Positions 48,109 through 58,401 are shown, numbered from the stretch's first letter. The stretch is DNA of 64,000 nucleotides from an uncultured Pseudobdellovibrionaceae bacterium (GCA_964351315.1 CAYGNH010000007.1:69755-133754), one strand, 5' to 3'. Notes: a model not told the origin generated them from the sequence alone. Numbers and translations are program-made.

Positions 48109-49322
48109 GTTTTGATGTTGATGAATTCCGCAAGAGCTTTCCTCAATTGGAAAGAACCGTGGGGCCTCGGCGCCTGGTTTATCTTGATTCAGGAGCTTCA
48201 AGCTTAAAGCACAGCTTCGTTACCGATCGTGTCAACACCTATAACCGATTTGAGGCTGGAAATGTTCACAGAGGTGCTCATCAAACCAGTCGTCAGGGAA
48301 CGGAAAACTTTGAGCAGGCTCGACAACAAGTACAAAAATTTATCAATGCTCGCTTCCACGAAGAGGTGGTTTGGACGCGAGGTACGACGGAAAGTATCAA
48401 TTTTGTAGCTTCGGGGTTGAAAAGTCAGCTGAGCCCAGGAGATGAAGTTTTAATCACTCCCTTTGAGCACCACTCCAACATTGTCCCTTGGCAGGTACTG
48501 TGTGAGCAAACTGGAGCCAAGCTGGTTGTCGCCGATTTTGATAGCGAAGAAGGAATGTCAATTGAGGCCTTTGAAAAAGCTTTGACTAGCAAAACTAAGT
48601 TGGCGGCTTTCATCTTTTACTCCAATAGCTTTGGTCAGCGTTTTCCGATAGAAAAGATGGTCCAGCTTTGTCGGCAGAAAAAAGTTTTGACTCTGGTTGA
48701 TGGGGCCCAAGCTGTTTTGACCGAAGCAATTGATGTGCAAAGCATTGGTTGTGATTTCTTTTGCTTTTCTGGCCACAAAATGTTCGCACCTTACGGAGTT
48801 GGTGCCCTGTTTATAAAAAAAGAACTCATTCCTTTAATCCCACCTTATCAAACTGGTGGCAGCATGATTGATAGAGTGACCTTTGCTAAAACTACATTTG
48901 CCGAAGCTCCACAGAAGTATGAAGCGGGAACACCGAATATTTCAGGGGCCATTGGCTTGGGTGCAGCCGCCCAAATTGTAATGGAAATGAATTTTAAGGA
49001 AGTGCACCAGCATATTATGCAATTGCGAACACTCCTTATTTCAGAATTGAAAAAACGCGATTCTGTTAAGGTTTATGATTTTCCAGGTAGTGACTATTCG
49101 GGAATCGTTTCATTCAACGTAAAAGGCTCTCATTCCAGTGATGTTGGCACACTTTTGGATAAGTATGGTTTTGCTGTTCGAGCTGGCCATCACTGCACTC
49201 AGCCTGTGATGGAGTTAATGGGTCTTTCAGGAACGGTCCGTGTTTCTTTCGGACCCTATAACACTGAAGGCGAAATTATGGACTTCCTTTCGACGATGCA
49301 CAAAATAGAGGAGTTTTTCTAA
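48105..49322 (+). CDS. sufS: Cysteine desulfurase SufS
   Basis: 405 aa with SGHKM (PLP Lys) and RAGHHCTQP (active-site Cys loop). Confidence 0.92.
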   Translation: MSFDVDEFRKSFPQLERTVGPRRLVYLDSGASSLKHSFVTDRVNTYNRFEAGNVHRGAHQTSRQGTENFEQARQQVQKFINARFHEEVVWTRGTTESINFVASGLKSQLSPGDEVLITPFEHHSNIVPWQVLCEQTGAKLVVADFDSEEGMSIEAFEKALTSKTKLAAFIFYSNSFGQRFPIEKMVQLCRQKKVLTLVDGAQAVLTEAIDVQSIGCDFFCFSGHKMFAPYGVGALFIKKELIPLIPPYQTGGSMIDRVTFAKTTFAEAPQKYEAGTPNISGAIGLGAAAQIVMEMNFKEVHQHIMQLRTLLISELKKRDSVKVYDFPGSDYSGIVSFNVKGSHSSDVGTLLDKYGFAVRAGHHCTQPVMELMGLSGTVRVSFGPYNTEGEIMDFLSTMHKIEEFF

Positions 49323-49888
49323 TGGTAAATTATGACATCCTAGTTCGAACTCAGGCGACCCCTAATCCTCTGGCTATTAAGTTTGTAGTGAATGCTCCTA
49401 TAAAGCTTGAAGGAAAGGCCACTCTAACGAATTCAGCCGAAGCAGAAGGTCTCAAGTTGGCCGAGGACCTTTTTAGGGTTTCGGGGGTCGATCAACTGCA
49501 TATGTTTGAGAATGTGGTGACGGTCAGTTTTGCGACCGACGTCGATCGAAATAAACTAATAGAGGAAGTCACCTCAGTTTTACAGACCCGATTGCCCATT
49601 CATGATGCAGCCTTCACCCTTGCGAATGAAGAAAAGAAAAAGAAGAAGCGAGAAAGTCGCTCACCAGAAATTGATCAAATTGAAGAAATTTTAGATCGTA
49701 CTATCCGCCCTGGCCTGCAAGCTGACGGAGGTGATATCGAAATTATTGATTTTAAGGATAAAGTTTTAACGATCACTTACGAAGGGGCTTGCGGTTCTTG
49801 CCCCAGTTCAATGTATGGGACCCTCGATGCCATCTATTCAATTCTTAGAGCCGAGTATGATCCAGAGCTGGATATTATGATTGCCTGA
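49322..49888 (+). CDS. NifU/Nfu-type Fe-S carrier (Nfu_N + NifU C-terminal domain)
   Basis: 188 aa with TPNPLAIKF (Nfu_N) and GACGSCPSS (the CxxC of the NifU C-domain). Confidence 0.85.
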   Translation: MVNYDILVRTQATPNPLAIKFVVNAPIKLEGKATLTNSAEAEGLKLAEDLFRVSGVDQLHMFENVVTVSFATDVDRNKLIEEVTSVLQTRLPIHDAAFTLANEEKKKKKRESRSPEIDQIEEILDRTIRPGLQADGGDIEIIDFKDKVLTITYEGACGSCPSSMYGTLDAIYSILRAEYDPELDIMIA

Positions 49889-50407
49889 TTACTCAAAATA
49901 TTTAGGAGTTTTCTGAGTTTTACTTTTAATTTGGCTTTTCGAGGTATTATTCGGCGAGTAAACGAAAGACTGACTGAAGCCATGACGTTCTCCGTTCTTC
50001 ATTTCAAACACAAAAAAGAAAAGTTGATCACCCTCGACCACTGTATCTTTGTCGACAATTATAGAAAATACTTTTTGATCTCCTCTGGCGAGACTCACTT
50101 GGCCTGAGTCTTCTCCAGAAATAATTTTTGCGGACTTTGGCGTCTTCCACTGAAATTCGGCCGAACTCATATTTTTTCGTGCAACGACAGTCGCGGTGAT
50201 CTCTACCTGCCCATCTCGACTTTCATCACTGGTGATAGAAGCCGCAAAGTACCCTAACGATTTTCCTGACAGTTTAGATTTTTGAGTATGGACCTTATTC
50301 TGATTTTTTTTAGGTTTTTCACTCATAGAAAATGCGAAACAGACGGCCCCTAAAGTTATAAAGACGAATAGAGTTAGTTTTTTCATGGATCCCCTTAGTC
50401 TGGACAT
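49889..50407 (-). CDS. Hypothetical secreted protein, co-operonic with the metalloprotease
   Basis: 172 aa with a signal peptide and a beta-rich, K-rich N-terminal linker. It overlaps the upstream gene by 13 nt. Confidence 0.55.
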   Translation of the reverse strand: MSRLRGSMKKLTLFVFITLGAVCFAFSMSEKPKKNQNKVHTQKSKLSGKSLGYFAASITSDESRDGQVEITATVVARKNMSSAEFQWKTPKSAKIISGEDSGQVSLARGDQKVFSIIVDKDTVVEGDQLFFFVFEMKNGERHGFSQSFVYSPNNTSKSQIKSKTQKTPKYFE

Positions 50408-52152
50408 TTACTTTGTGAATTGATTGTTAAGCTGTAGTTAGCTGCAGATCTAATTCCATTCGTAGTATCGTACTTAATATTAAGTAAATAATCCCCAGCC
50501 GGGAGACTCGATAGATTAATGAATTCAGACCCACTGTTTGCAGAGGGACTGATACTACCTTCACTAAATCCAGCGATGCTGGTAGCCGCGCTGCTGCCAA
50601 AAATGTATTCATCTGTCCAAAGGTACATATCAAGATCGGCCGCCATACTGCCAGCGCCCGTGGTAGTGTAGGACATGGCAATGGAGAGAGCACCGCCAAT
50701 GTGGCTAATATGGTAAAAGTCGTTGGATTTAAATTGATTAGAGTTTACGAAACTTCCGTCCTCAGGTTGTCGTCCGGGATTGTTCAAGGGGCTGGCGCCC
50801 GGAACATCTTCAGCGAGTAAAGTGGTTGGGCAGCCGGTTCCATTGGAAAGACTGTTTGCGTAGTTGGTTCGTGCCGCCAATTGATTTTCGGCACTTTGAA
50901 TGGTGGACCAATCAGATTTTCCAACCAATGCATTTTGTAAAACATAAAATAGACCCAGACTTCGAAAGGCATAACTAGAATCAGCAAAGCCTCCATTTGT
51001 GCTAGCAAACACAGTCCAAACCTCGGAAAAGGAAGCCTGCAAGTCGTCGATTGCATTAGACTCGTCTGAATCAATGATATCAATCAGGGCTCGACTGACC
51101 GAAAATTCGCGGAAATTCCCCTCTTCAGGTTCGCTGGGAAGGTCAGTGGTTCCTGTTTCAAGACTTTCGTTGATGTAGACTCCGTTCGTTCCAAGGGGTG
51201 TCCCAAAAGTGTCTCTGTACACCGAGTTTCCAGTCACTGCCGCTTGAAAAAAGTTAGCAAAGCCTTCGCTCCAAGCCAGGCGGGGGTCTAGAATATTATC
51301 TCCATTGTGCATCCCTCCGGGTGAATCAGTAAATGACATGAGATTTTCTAAAGCATGTCCGTATTCGTGGAGGATGATTGAGGAATCGAAATGATCAGTA
51401 TCAGAATTGTCGACGTCGCCTCCTGAACCACCCAGAATATAGAGTTGATTCTCGTTGGGAAGGTAGAAGCTGAGAGGAGCCCCTATGCCGAAATATGTTG
51501 CTGGATCAACTCCGGCCGACCAATAGACATTGACCAGTGGAGCTGTGGTGAACTCGGGGCAATTGCTAAACGTTGCCGCACAGTTCGCTGTATTAATACG
51601 AAGAAAGTCATTGGCATCTAGCAGTTTATCCAAAATATTAAAAGCACCACCTGGGATAATTGTTCCGGTTGCAGTTGCTATCATGGCCCCAACATTTTGT
51701 GTGCTACTTAAGGTAACAGATCGAGTGAGTCCATAAAAAGAGTTGGAGTTTGGATTGTTGTAAATCGAAGCCCTTAGGAAACTATTATTCGCTCGCGATG
51801 CGATTGTTATGGTTGCAGAATCGCCGGATTGGGGTAAATTTAGAGAGAAGTTTCCAGCGCTATCGGTCTCCCCGCACTGAATGAGAGTGCCTTCTGAGTC
51901 AACAACTCGCACTTCAGCATATCGAATAGGGTTGGGGGATGCGACGGCACCGTTACCATTGATGCGATATTCATATTGGGCTGATCCTGAAACGACAATT
52001 GGATTTGAGTAGTTTGTTACGGAAGAACAATAGGGTAACGCATTGCTGACCGATCCGCCGGAGTTGCCACCCTCGTTTCCAGAGCAAGCAGAGAAAACAA
52101 AAAAGAGAACCATCAAGATATCTATACGAATAAGAAGTTGAGAAATCTTCAA
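50395..52152 (-). CDS. Secreted lipoprotein with a zinc-metalloprotease motif and a C-terminal pre-peptidase-like beta domain
   Basis: 585 aa with lipobox VFSACSG, an HEYGHALE (HExxH) motif followed by AWSEGFANFF, and a C-terminal …LPAGDYLLNIKY (PPC-like). Confidence 0.65.
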   Translation of the reverse strand: MKISQLLIRIDILMVLFFVFSACSGNEGGNSGGSVSNALPYCSSVTNYSNPIVVSGSAQYEYRINGNGAVASPNPIRYAEVRVVDSEGTLIQCGETDSAGNFSLNLPQSGDSATITIASRANNSFLRASIYNNPNSNSFYGLTRSVTLSSTQNVGAMIATATGTIIPGGAFNILDKLLDANDFLRINTANCAATFSNCPEFTTAPLVNVYWSAGVDPATYFGIGAPLSFYLPNENQLYILGGSGGDVDNSDTDHFDSSIILHEYGHALENLMSFTDSPGGMHNGDNILDPRLAWSEGFANFFQAAVTGNSVYRDTFGTPLGTNGVYINESLETGTTDLPSEPEEGNFREFSVSRALIDIIDSDESNAIDDLQASFSEVWTVFASTNGGFADSSYAFRSLGLFYVLQNALVGKSDWSTIQSAENQLAARTNYANSLSNGTGCPTTLLAEDVPGASPLNNPGRQPEDGSFVNSNQFKSNDFYHISHIGGALSIAMSYTTTGAGSMAADLDMYLWTDEYIFGSSAATSIAGFSEGSISPSANSGSEFINLSSLPAGDYLLNIKYDTTNGIRSAANYSLTINSQSKCPD

Positions 52153-52248
52153 AGGGCACCTCGGGATACCAATCTTATCGGGTGGTTATAGGTGAACCTT
52201 GAAAAAATCTACTTGCTTCAAATTGAGAAAAATTGAATGATATAACAG

Positions 52249-52500
52249 ATGGAAGCTGGACTTAATTCTGATATTTCAATTGGACAAAGAAATTTCCATA
52301 TTCAGACGGAAGACTGGGGTTGGGACAATCCCTTTATAGTCACCAAGATTTTTAGCCAGGGAGCGGTCTTAAAAAGTTTTAAAGTGCCCTACCAAACCGT
52401 TCTGAAGACCCCTTTTCCCTCAAACCAGTCCATTCGTATGGCTTTAGAAAAGCAGCATCAGGAAATTCTAGACCGTCTCATTTCTGGCCATATTGACTGA
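52249..52500 (+). CDS. Hypothetical 83-aa protein upstream of ftsE
   Basis: The ORF ends 1 nt before the ftsE ORF. I recognise no family. Confidence 0.45.
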   Translation: MEAGLNSDISIGQRNFHIQTEDWGWDNPFIVTKIFSQGAVLKSFKVPYQTVLKTPFPSNQSIRMALEKQHQEILDRLISGHID

Positions 52501-53244
52501 TTGTCGTTAAAATTAACGGATATGATCACACTTTCCCATGTCTATAAAACATTCGTCGCCGACCAACATGTTCTTCAAAATCTGCAGCTCCAGGTTGAAA
52601 AAGAAGACTTAGTTTTTTTGATGGGGCCAAGTGGTGCTGGTAAAACGACCCTTTTTAGAATTATGACTGGTTTTGAGAAGGTGTCTTCTGGCAGTGTCAA
52701 AATAAATGGTTTTGAAATTAACAATTTAAACAGTCGACAGATGGCCGCGTTCCGCCGGTCGATTGGTGTCGTTTTTCAGGATTTTCGTTTACTTAGTGAT
52801 CGCACCGTGTTCGAGAACGTGGCCCTGCCTCTACAGATTCTAAAACTCAACAGATGGGATATCGTTGAGCGAGTTGAAAAAATAATTCGGCGTGTGGGTC
52901 TTGCAAAAAAAATAAACGAAAACCCAAGTTATCTTTCGGGAGGGGAAAAGCAAAGAGTGGCGATTGCGAGGGCTCTTGTCCACGACCCTAAGCTCATTAT
53001 AGCCGATGAGCCGACGGGAAACCTCGATTGGAAGCTAAGTGCTGAAATAATGGATCTTTTTAGGGAAGCCAATGCCCAAGGAACCACCTTGATTATCGCA
53101 ACTCACGATCAAGAGCTTGTGAAGAAAGAGCCCCGAAAAAGAGTTATCAAAATAGAAAAAGGACAAATCTACGAAAATGGAGGGAAGCAACCATGTGGTC
53201 AATTTTTTGCACCATTAAGAGAAGCTGGTCTCAACATTTTGTAG
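52501..53244 (+). CDS. ftsE: Cell-division ABC ATPase FtsE
   Basis: It has GPSGAGKTT, LSGGEKQRVAIARAL, IIADEPTGNLD and ATHD. The start is TTG 52501 or ATG 52522. Confidence 0.9.
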   Translation: MSLKLTDMITLSHVYKTFVADQHVLQNLQLQVEKEDLVFLMGPSGAGKTTLFRIMTGFEKVSSGSVKINGFEINNLNSRQMAAFRRSIGVVFQDFRLLSDRTVFENVALPLQILKLNRWDIVERVEKIIRRVGLAKKINENPSYLSGGEKQRVAIARALVHDPKLIIADEPTGNLDWKLSAEIMDLFREANAQGTTLIIATHDQELVKKEPRKRVIKIEKGQIYENGGKQPCGQFFAPLREAGLNIL

Positions 53245-54128
53245 AGCAGTTTTCAGCACTTATTATTTTAACAATGTCTTATTCCGCACTTCTGTTTATA
53301 GCGCTTGCTCTTACAAACGTTCAGAACCTTTTTGAAATGTGGGGTCAGGTTAATCAAATGACCGTTTATTTCAATTCAAATATCGAAATCGAAGACAAAC
53401 AAGTGATTATGAAAACTCTTGTTGATCACCCAATGGTTTCTAAGATTCGAGAAGTTTCATCTCAAGAATCTGCTCAGAAATTTGAAGAACGATTTGCCAA
53501 GGTCACCTCTCAAAAAATAGACGCTGATCAAGTGGCTCAGTTTTTCCCTAGATACCTTGAAGTAAACCTTGATCAAACCTTAGCTTATAAGGCAGGAGGC
53601 GCAGCCTTAGATCAATTCGTCGCCCAATTGAAGCAAGGCTTCGATAGCATAAAAAATGTTAGCTATGGAAAGTCCTGGTTGCAAAGGTATGTAGGAGTGT
53701 TGGCGGCGGTGCAGTGGGCGGGTTGGTTTCTTATTGTTTCGTTCCTAATCGCCTCAGTTGTGGTTTCTTCTAGTGTGATAAAAACCATTCTATTTTCTCG
53801 TCGCGATGAGATTGAAATTTTAGAGTTTGTCGGAGCTGATGACTCGACGATCTATCTTCCGCAGATCATAAACACCTTCGTGCTGGCGACACTGGCTTTC
53901 ACAAGCTCAGTGTTATTAAATAGCCTTTTGTTCTCTCATTTTAAAGGAGCATCAGACTCAGTGCTAAGTGTTTCAGCTCAAGAGCAGCTTCGGTTTATTT
54001 CTCCGGGGATTTTATTGGGTCTGACATTTGTTGCTGTTTCATCGGTCACTTTGTACTCGACTTTGACAATTTTTAATCTTTTGCCTCGACGCAAGAAGGC
54101 TCTTTTAATTAAAGAGGTGATGCGTTGA
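53193..54128 (+). CDS. ftsX: Cell-division permease-like protein FtsX
   Basis: 311 aa with a TM, a periplasmic domain and three TMs. It lies immediately after ftsE. Confidence 0.85.
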   Translation: MWSIFCTIKRSWSQHFVEQFSALIILTMSYSALLFIALALTNVQNLFEMWGQVNQMTVYFNSNIEIEDKQVIMKTLVDHPMVSKIREVSSQESAQKFEERFAKVTSQKIDADQVAQFFPRYLEVNLDQTLAYKAGGAALDQFVAQLKQGFDSIKNVSYGKSWLQRYVGVLAAVQWAGWFLIVSFLIASVVVSSSVIKTILFSRRDEIEILEFVGADDSTIYLPQIINTFVLATLAFTSSVLLNSLLFSHFKGASDSVLSVSAQEQLRFISPGILLGLTFVAVSSVTLYSTLTIFNLLPRRKKALLIKEVMR

Positions 54129-55255
54129 TCCTCAGGTTTTCGCTTGTTCTTTTTTTGATACCCACATTCGCTTTCGCCGAGGAAGACGTCTTTGATTTGG
54201 CAGCAAAATACAATGCGACTAAAAAAGATCTAAATAATTTAGAGTCTCAAAAGCGGAAAGTGTTATCTGATATTTATACTATTGAAAAAGAAACCAATAA
54301 GTTGGTTTTGAAAAAAACAGAGCTTGACGAAGAAAAGTTGAACCTTGACGGAAAGCTCTCAAATCTTTCTAAGCAAATTGTCGAAATTGAGGGGAAAGTC
54401 CGTATTTTAATACCAGAGCTGGTAGAAAGACTTTCTTTTGCTGATAAAATCAGTGGTCTCCCCTGGTTGTATACGATTTTGACGGCTCAAAGCTTAAGTG
54501 AACTGGATACGACATTCGAGATTGCCGAATACATCAATGAGCAACAAGGTGAAAAAGTGATTGAGTTTGTTAAACTGATGGAGTCTCTTAAGAAACAAAA
54601 GACAGAGCTTAAAAAAACGGCTTTGAAAATTGTTCTTTTAAAGAAGGAGCTTCAGTCGCAAGAGAAATTGATCGAGCAAAATCAAAAAGGCAAAAAAGCC
54701 TTTTTGAAAAATTTAGAAAAACGACTTCTAACCGAAACAAATAACTTAAAGAAGATCAAGGGGCAGGGAAAGAAAGCCTTAAGGACTTCTTTTTTCAAAG
54801 ATCTAAGCCTGCTTTTTGGTTCTCGTTTTTTTGATCAAAAAGGTCAGCTGCCTCACCCTATCGAAGCCCCTTTGTTTCATGAATATGGTCTTAACCAAGG
54901 CCTGCTTCCGGATCGAGTTCAATTGGTGCACAAGGGATACTTTTATCGCACCCACGGGCCTAAAAAGGCCCAATCGATTTCAGGAGGGCGGGTGAGGTTT
55001 GTCGGTCCAGCTAAAGGCTTTGGCCAGGTGGTCGTTATTGATCACGGTAGTCGATATTACAGTACCTATGCGAATTTAAAGTCGAGCCAACTAAAACCTA
55101 ACCAGGAAGTTAAACAAGGCGCCGTAGTCGGAGTTACGGGCTTTGATCATCTTCAGTTTGGAACAGGACTCTACTTTGAAATTAGACATTTTTCACAACC
55201 CCAAAACCCAGAAAATTGGTTGAAAAAACCAAAAGAACATCTGGCAAATCTATAA
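54125..55255 (+). CDS. EnvC-like coiled-coil protein with a degenerate LytM (M23) domain
   Basis: It has a signal peptide and long coiled coils. In the C-terminal LytM fold, HxxxD reads HKGYF and HxH reads GLYFEIR, so the catalytic residues are lost, as in amidase activators. Confidence 0.8.
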   Translation: MILRFSLVLFLIPTFAFAEEDVFDLAAKYNATKKDLNNLESQKRKVLSDIYTIEKETNKLVLKKTELDEEKLNLDGKLSNLSKQIVEIEGKVRILIPELVERLSFADKISGLPWLYTILTAQSLSELDTTFEIAEYINEQQGEKVIEFVKLMESLKKQKTELKKTALKIVLLKKELQSQEKLIEQNQKGKKAFLKNLEKRLLTETNNLKKIKGQGKKALRTSFFKDLSLLFGSRFFDQKGQLPHPIEAPLFHEYGLNQGLLPDRVQLVHKGYFYRTHGPKKAQSISGGRVRFVGPAKGFGQVVVIDHGSRYYSTYANLKSSQLKPNQEVKQGAVVGVTGFDHLQFGTGLYFEIRHFSQPQNPENWLKKPKEHLANL

Positions 55256-55266
55256 CGAAGGTGATT

Positions 55267-56607
55267 ATGAAAACATCCACACGACGCTTCCTTTCCTCTG
55301 CTGTGATTTTAACGACCTTTGTTGTCGGGTCTTTGCAATTTAGTCCCTCGGCTTTTGCGAAGCAGAAGGATCACTACTTAAACCTACAACTTTTTGCAAA
55401 GGTGTTAAATCTCGTGCAAAAGTACTATGTCGAGGAAGTCGATACTAAAAAACTAATTTATGGTGGCATCAAAGGCATGTTGCAAGAGCTTGATCCACAC
55501 ACAAACTTTTTGCCTCCTGATATTTATGAAGAGTTTGAAAATGAAACCAGCGGAAAGTTTGGTGGTCTTGGAATCGAAATCACCGTACAAGAAGGAATCT
55601 TAACTATCATTTCTCCGATTGAGGATACTCCGGCTTGGAAGGCTGGACTCAATGCTGGTGATAAAATTGTGAGTATAAATGGAAATTCCACAAAAGGTTT
55701 GAGCTTAGCTGAGTCAGCACAAATGATGAGAGGAGATAAGGGTTCAGAGATCGTTTTGGGAATTGTCAGAGACGGAGTCAAGGGTAAGAAGGACTTTTCG
55801 ATCAAGCGAGGAACAATTAAAATTAAGTCTGTTAAATACACCGACCTTGGCAACGGCTACAGTTACATACGATTAACAAGTTTTATTGAGAATTCTTCAC
55901 GTGACATTGAAAAAGTCCTTCAACAAGTTACAAAAAGCGATAAAAAAATTAAGGGCCTTATACTTGACCTGCGTAGAAACCCGGGGGGCTTACTTGATCA
56001 GGCGATCAAAATCAGCGACTTCTTTTTAGACAAAGGAACCATCGTTAGTACTATTGGTAGAGACAAAGAGAACAAAAAGGTTGTGACAGCTTCAGAGACA
56101 GGGTCTTATACGGATTTTCCAATCGTGGTTCTAATCAACGAATACTCAGCAAGTGCCAGTGAGATTGTCGCTGGTGCCTTAAAAGACAACAAAAGGGCAC
56201 TAGTGATGGGTAAACGAAGCTTTGGAAAAGGCTCCGTTCAATCAGTCGTCAAAATGGGTGATGGTTCTGGTCTTAAAATGACTGTCGCTCGCTACTATAC
56301 CCCAAGTGGAATCTCTATCCAGGCAGAGGGAATTACCCCAGATGTAAAAATTGATGAGGTGGATAGCGAAGCTTTTCAAAAAGCCATCATTAACCGCACG
56401 GTGAAAAGAGAGGCTGACATTGATGGGCATTTGGTCTCTGAAAATACAAAGTCGCCAGAGAAAGCTAAGGGTGGCAGTTTGTTCAATTGGTGGGAGAAGT
56501 CGAACAAAAAGGCTAGCAAAAATACGAAAGAAACATTGTTAAATGATTTTCAAGTGTTACAGGCCTACAACTACCTGAAAGCCTACAAGGTGATGAAAGG
56601 TATTTAG
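55267..56607 (+). CDS. Carboxy-terminal processing protease (S41) with PDZ domain
   Basis: Start at ATG 55267. It has a PDZ domain (GGLGIEI…AGDKIVSING), LDLRRNPGG, SASASE (catalytic Ser) and FGKGSVQ (Lys). Confidence 0.9.
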   Translation: MKTSTRRFLSSAVILTTFVVGSLQFSPSAFAKQKDHYLNLQLFAKVLNLVQKYYVEEVDTKKLIYGGIKGMLQELDPHTNFLPPDIYEEFENETSGKFGGLGIEITVQEGILTIISPIEDTPAWKAGLNAGDKIVSINGNSTKGLSLAESAQMMRGDKGSEIVLGIVRDGVKGKKDFSIKRGTIKIKSVKYTDLGNGYSYIRLTSFIENSSRDIEKVLQQVTKSDKKIKGLILDLRRNPGGLLDQAIKISDFFLDKGTIVSTIGRDKENKKVVTASETGSYTDFPIVVLINEYSASASEIVAGALKDNKRALVMGKRSFGKGSVQSVVKMGDGSGLKMTVARYYTPSGISIQAEGITPDVKIDEVDSEAFQKAIINRTVKREADIDGHLVSENTKSPEKAKGGSLFNWWEKSNKKASKNTKETLLNDFQVLQAYNYLKAYKVMKGI

Positions 56608-56695
56608 GAAATAGACCTAGACCTTGGTCGTAACTTCGGTCATCAATCCTATGACCCCGAAAGCCCCAGTAGTAGGCTTTTAGAGCGGAGGACTT

Positions 56696-57070
56696 ATGCG
56701 GTTCATGCTATTGATATTAATTTGCTTAATGTGGGGGTCACCTGTTTGGGCTATTGGTCATAAACTGGAAATCGATTCCAAACTATACTTTAAGGGTAAG
56801 AAGGTCGCCGCTCCTAGAATTGTTACGATGACTGGAGAGAAAGCTAAGGTAGTAATGAGCGATCAAAAAAATAATCGTGAATACAATCTAGAAGTTTTCC
56901 CATCAACAACTCCCGGGGAAAAGCTAAATCTTTTGTATAGCTTAGCTGTTCGCGAGGACAACAATGAAACAATCACTCGGGGCGAAGTCAAAGTCGATGA
57001 AAATAAAAATACCCGTATCTCCATTGATCACGGGCGAATTCAAATTTATTTGAAGATCAAAAAGTCCTAG
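56696..57070 (+). CDS. Hypothetical small secreted protein
   Basis: 124 aa with a signal peptide (…SPVWAIG). Its stop overlaps the tig stop on the other strand (CTAG). Confidence 0.5.
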   Translation: MRFMLLILICLMWGSPVWAIGHKLEIDSKLYFKGKKVAAPRIVTMTGEKAKVVMSDQKNNREYNLEVFPSTTPGEKLNLLYSLAVREDNNETITRGEVKVDENKNTRISIDHGRIQIYLKIKKS

Positions 57071-58401
57071 TCGTTTTCAGGAGGATTGTCTTTTGCAATC
57101 TCGTCAGATGAAACCTCAGTCACTTTAGCCCTCTCAAGCAGATGCTTGAACACTTTTTCCTCAGTCACCTGGAACTCTAGGTTGGCTGACTGTTGTCCTT
57201 GTTTGTAGAACTCTTTTACCTTGGAAAGATCCAGCCCTGTTTGGACGGCAAACTCTTGGAGTTTAGCCTCAACATCTTCTTTTGATGCGTTCAGGTCATT
57301 TTCTTTAGCAATCTTTTGGATGAGCAAGGCCGAGCGAACCATGAAGTCTGCTGTTTCTGAAAAATCGCTGTTCCATTTTTCTTCGTACTCATTGAACTCC
57401 TGGGCTCCAATTCCTTGGCTTTGCATCCGTCGTTTAAAATCATCGACCAAAGCGCCTCTTTGTTCTTTTACTAGGGTTTCCGGCACATCAAATGGATTGG
57501 CAGCAACCAGTTCTTTGAAAAGACGGTTTTTAAGTTCAGACTCAATGCGTTTGGCTTCACCTTCAACGATATCTTTTTTAAGTTGGGCTCTGAAATCAGC
57601 GACTGTGTCATGTTCACCCATGTTTTTAATGAACTCATCATTCAACTCAGGCTTAATTTTTTCTTTTATACTATTTACAGTCACTTCAAAGGTAACGGGT
57701 TTTCCTTTCAAGTTTTCGACGTGATAGTCTTCAGGAAAACTAATTTGAATCGACTTAGATTCTTTAGGTTTCATTCCAATAAGTGCCTGCTCGAATCCAG
57801 GAATAAAAGAGTCAGATCCTATTTCAAGAACGTGTCCTTGAGCCGACCCATTCTCTAAAGGCTCTCCGTCAATGATGCCTTTAAAGTCGATATCGGCAAA
57901 GTCGCCTTGTTTTAGGTCGCGAACTAAAACGACGTCTTCAAGCTTGGCTTGGTTTTCAAGAATTTGTTCAATATTCTTATCGACTTGAGCGTCTGAGATG
58001 TCGACTTTTTCTTTTTTGACTTCCAGGTTTTCTGTTTTTGTTAGCTTGATTTCAGGCTGCACTTCAAACTTTGCTGTAAAAGAAAACTCTTTGCCTTCCT
58101 CTGGGTTTTGAAAATCAATATCTGGCATGCCTATCGGAACCAAATCGTGTTCTTTCAGAGCTTTAAAATAGAAATTTTGAACAAGGTTCTGTGCGACATC
58201 CCCTTTGATTTTTTCGGCGTAAAGGTTGCGGATGGTCTCGATTGGGGTTTTTCCTTTTCGAAAGCCTTTGACCTCAACGCTTTTTTGCAAGTACTTGAAA
58301 GCACTTGTGAATTCGGTATTCACCTGGTCGATAGGGATTTGCACATTCAACTTTCGCTCTAAATTGGAAAGATTTTCGATCTCTGATTTCATATAACTCA
58401 C
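57067..58401 (-). CDS. tig: Trigger factor
   Basis: 444 aa with GFRKGKTP (the ribosome-binding signature) and a central FKBP-like domain. Confidence 0.93.
   Translation of the reverse strand: MSYMKSEIENLSNLERKLNVQIPIDQVNTEFTSAFKYLQKSVEVKGFRKGKTPIETIRNLYAEKIKGDVAQNLVQNFYFKALKEHDLVPIGMPDIDFQNPEEGKEFSFTAKFEVQPEIKLTKTENLEVKKEKVDISDAQVDKNIEQILENQAKLEDVVLVRDLKQGDFADIDFKGIIDGEPLENGSAQGHVLEIGSDSFIPGFEQALIGMKPKESKSIQISFPEDYHVENLKGKPVTFEVTVNSIKEKIKPELNDEFIKNMGEHDTVADFRAQLKKDIVEGEAKRIESELKNRLFKELVAANPFDVPETLVKEQRGALVDDFKRRMQSQGIGAQEFNEYEEKWNSDFSETADFMVRSALLIQKIAKENDLNASKEDVEAKLQEFAVQTGLDLSKVKEFYKQGQQSANLEFQVTEEKVFKHLLERAKVTEVSSDEIAKDNPPEND

Noticed and set aside
57067-57070. Convergent genes (the 124-aa ORF and tig) sharing overlapping stop codons in the palindrome CTAG. 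Similarly, nfu and the 172-aa ORF abut at 49888/49889 with no spacer.
   Set aside because: This is a curiosity of a compact genome with no evident functional implication. The small ORFs are themselves only moderately supported.
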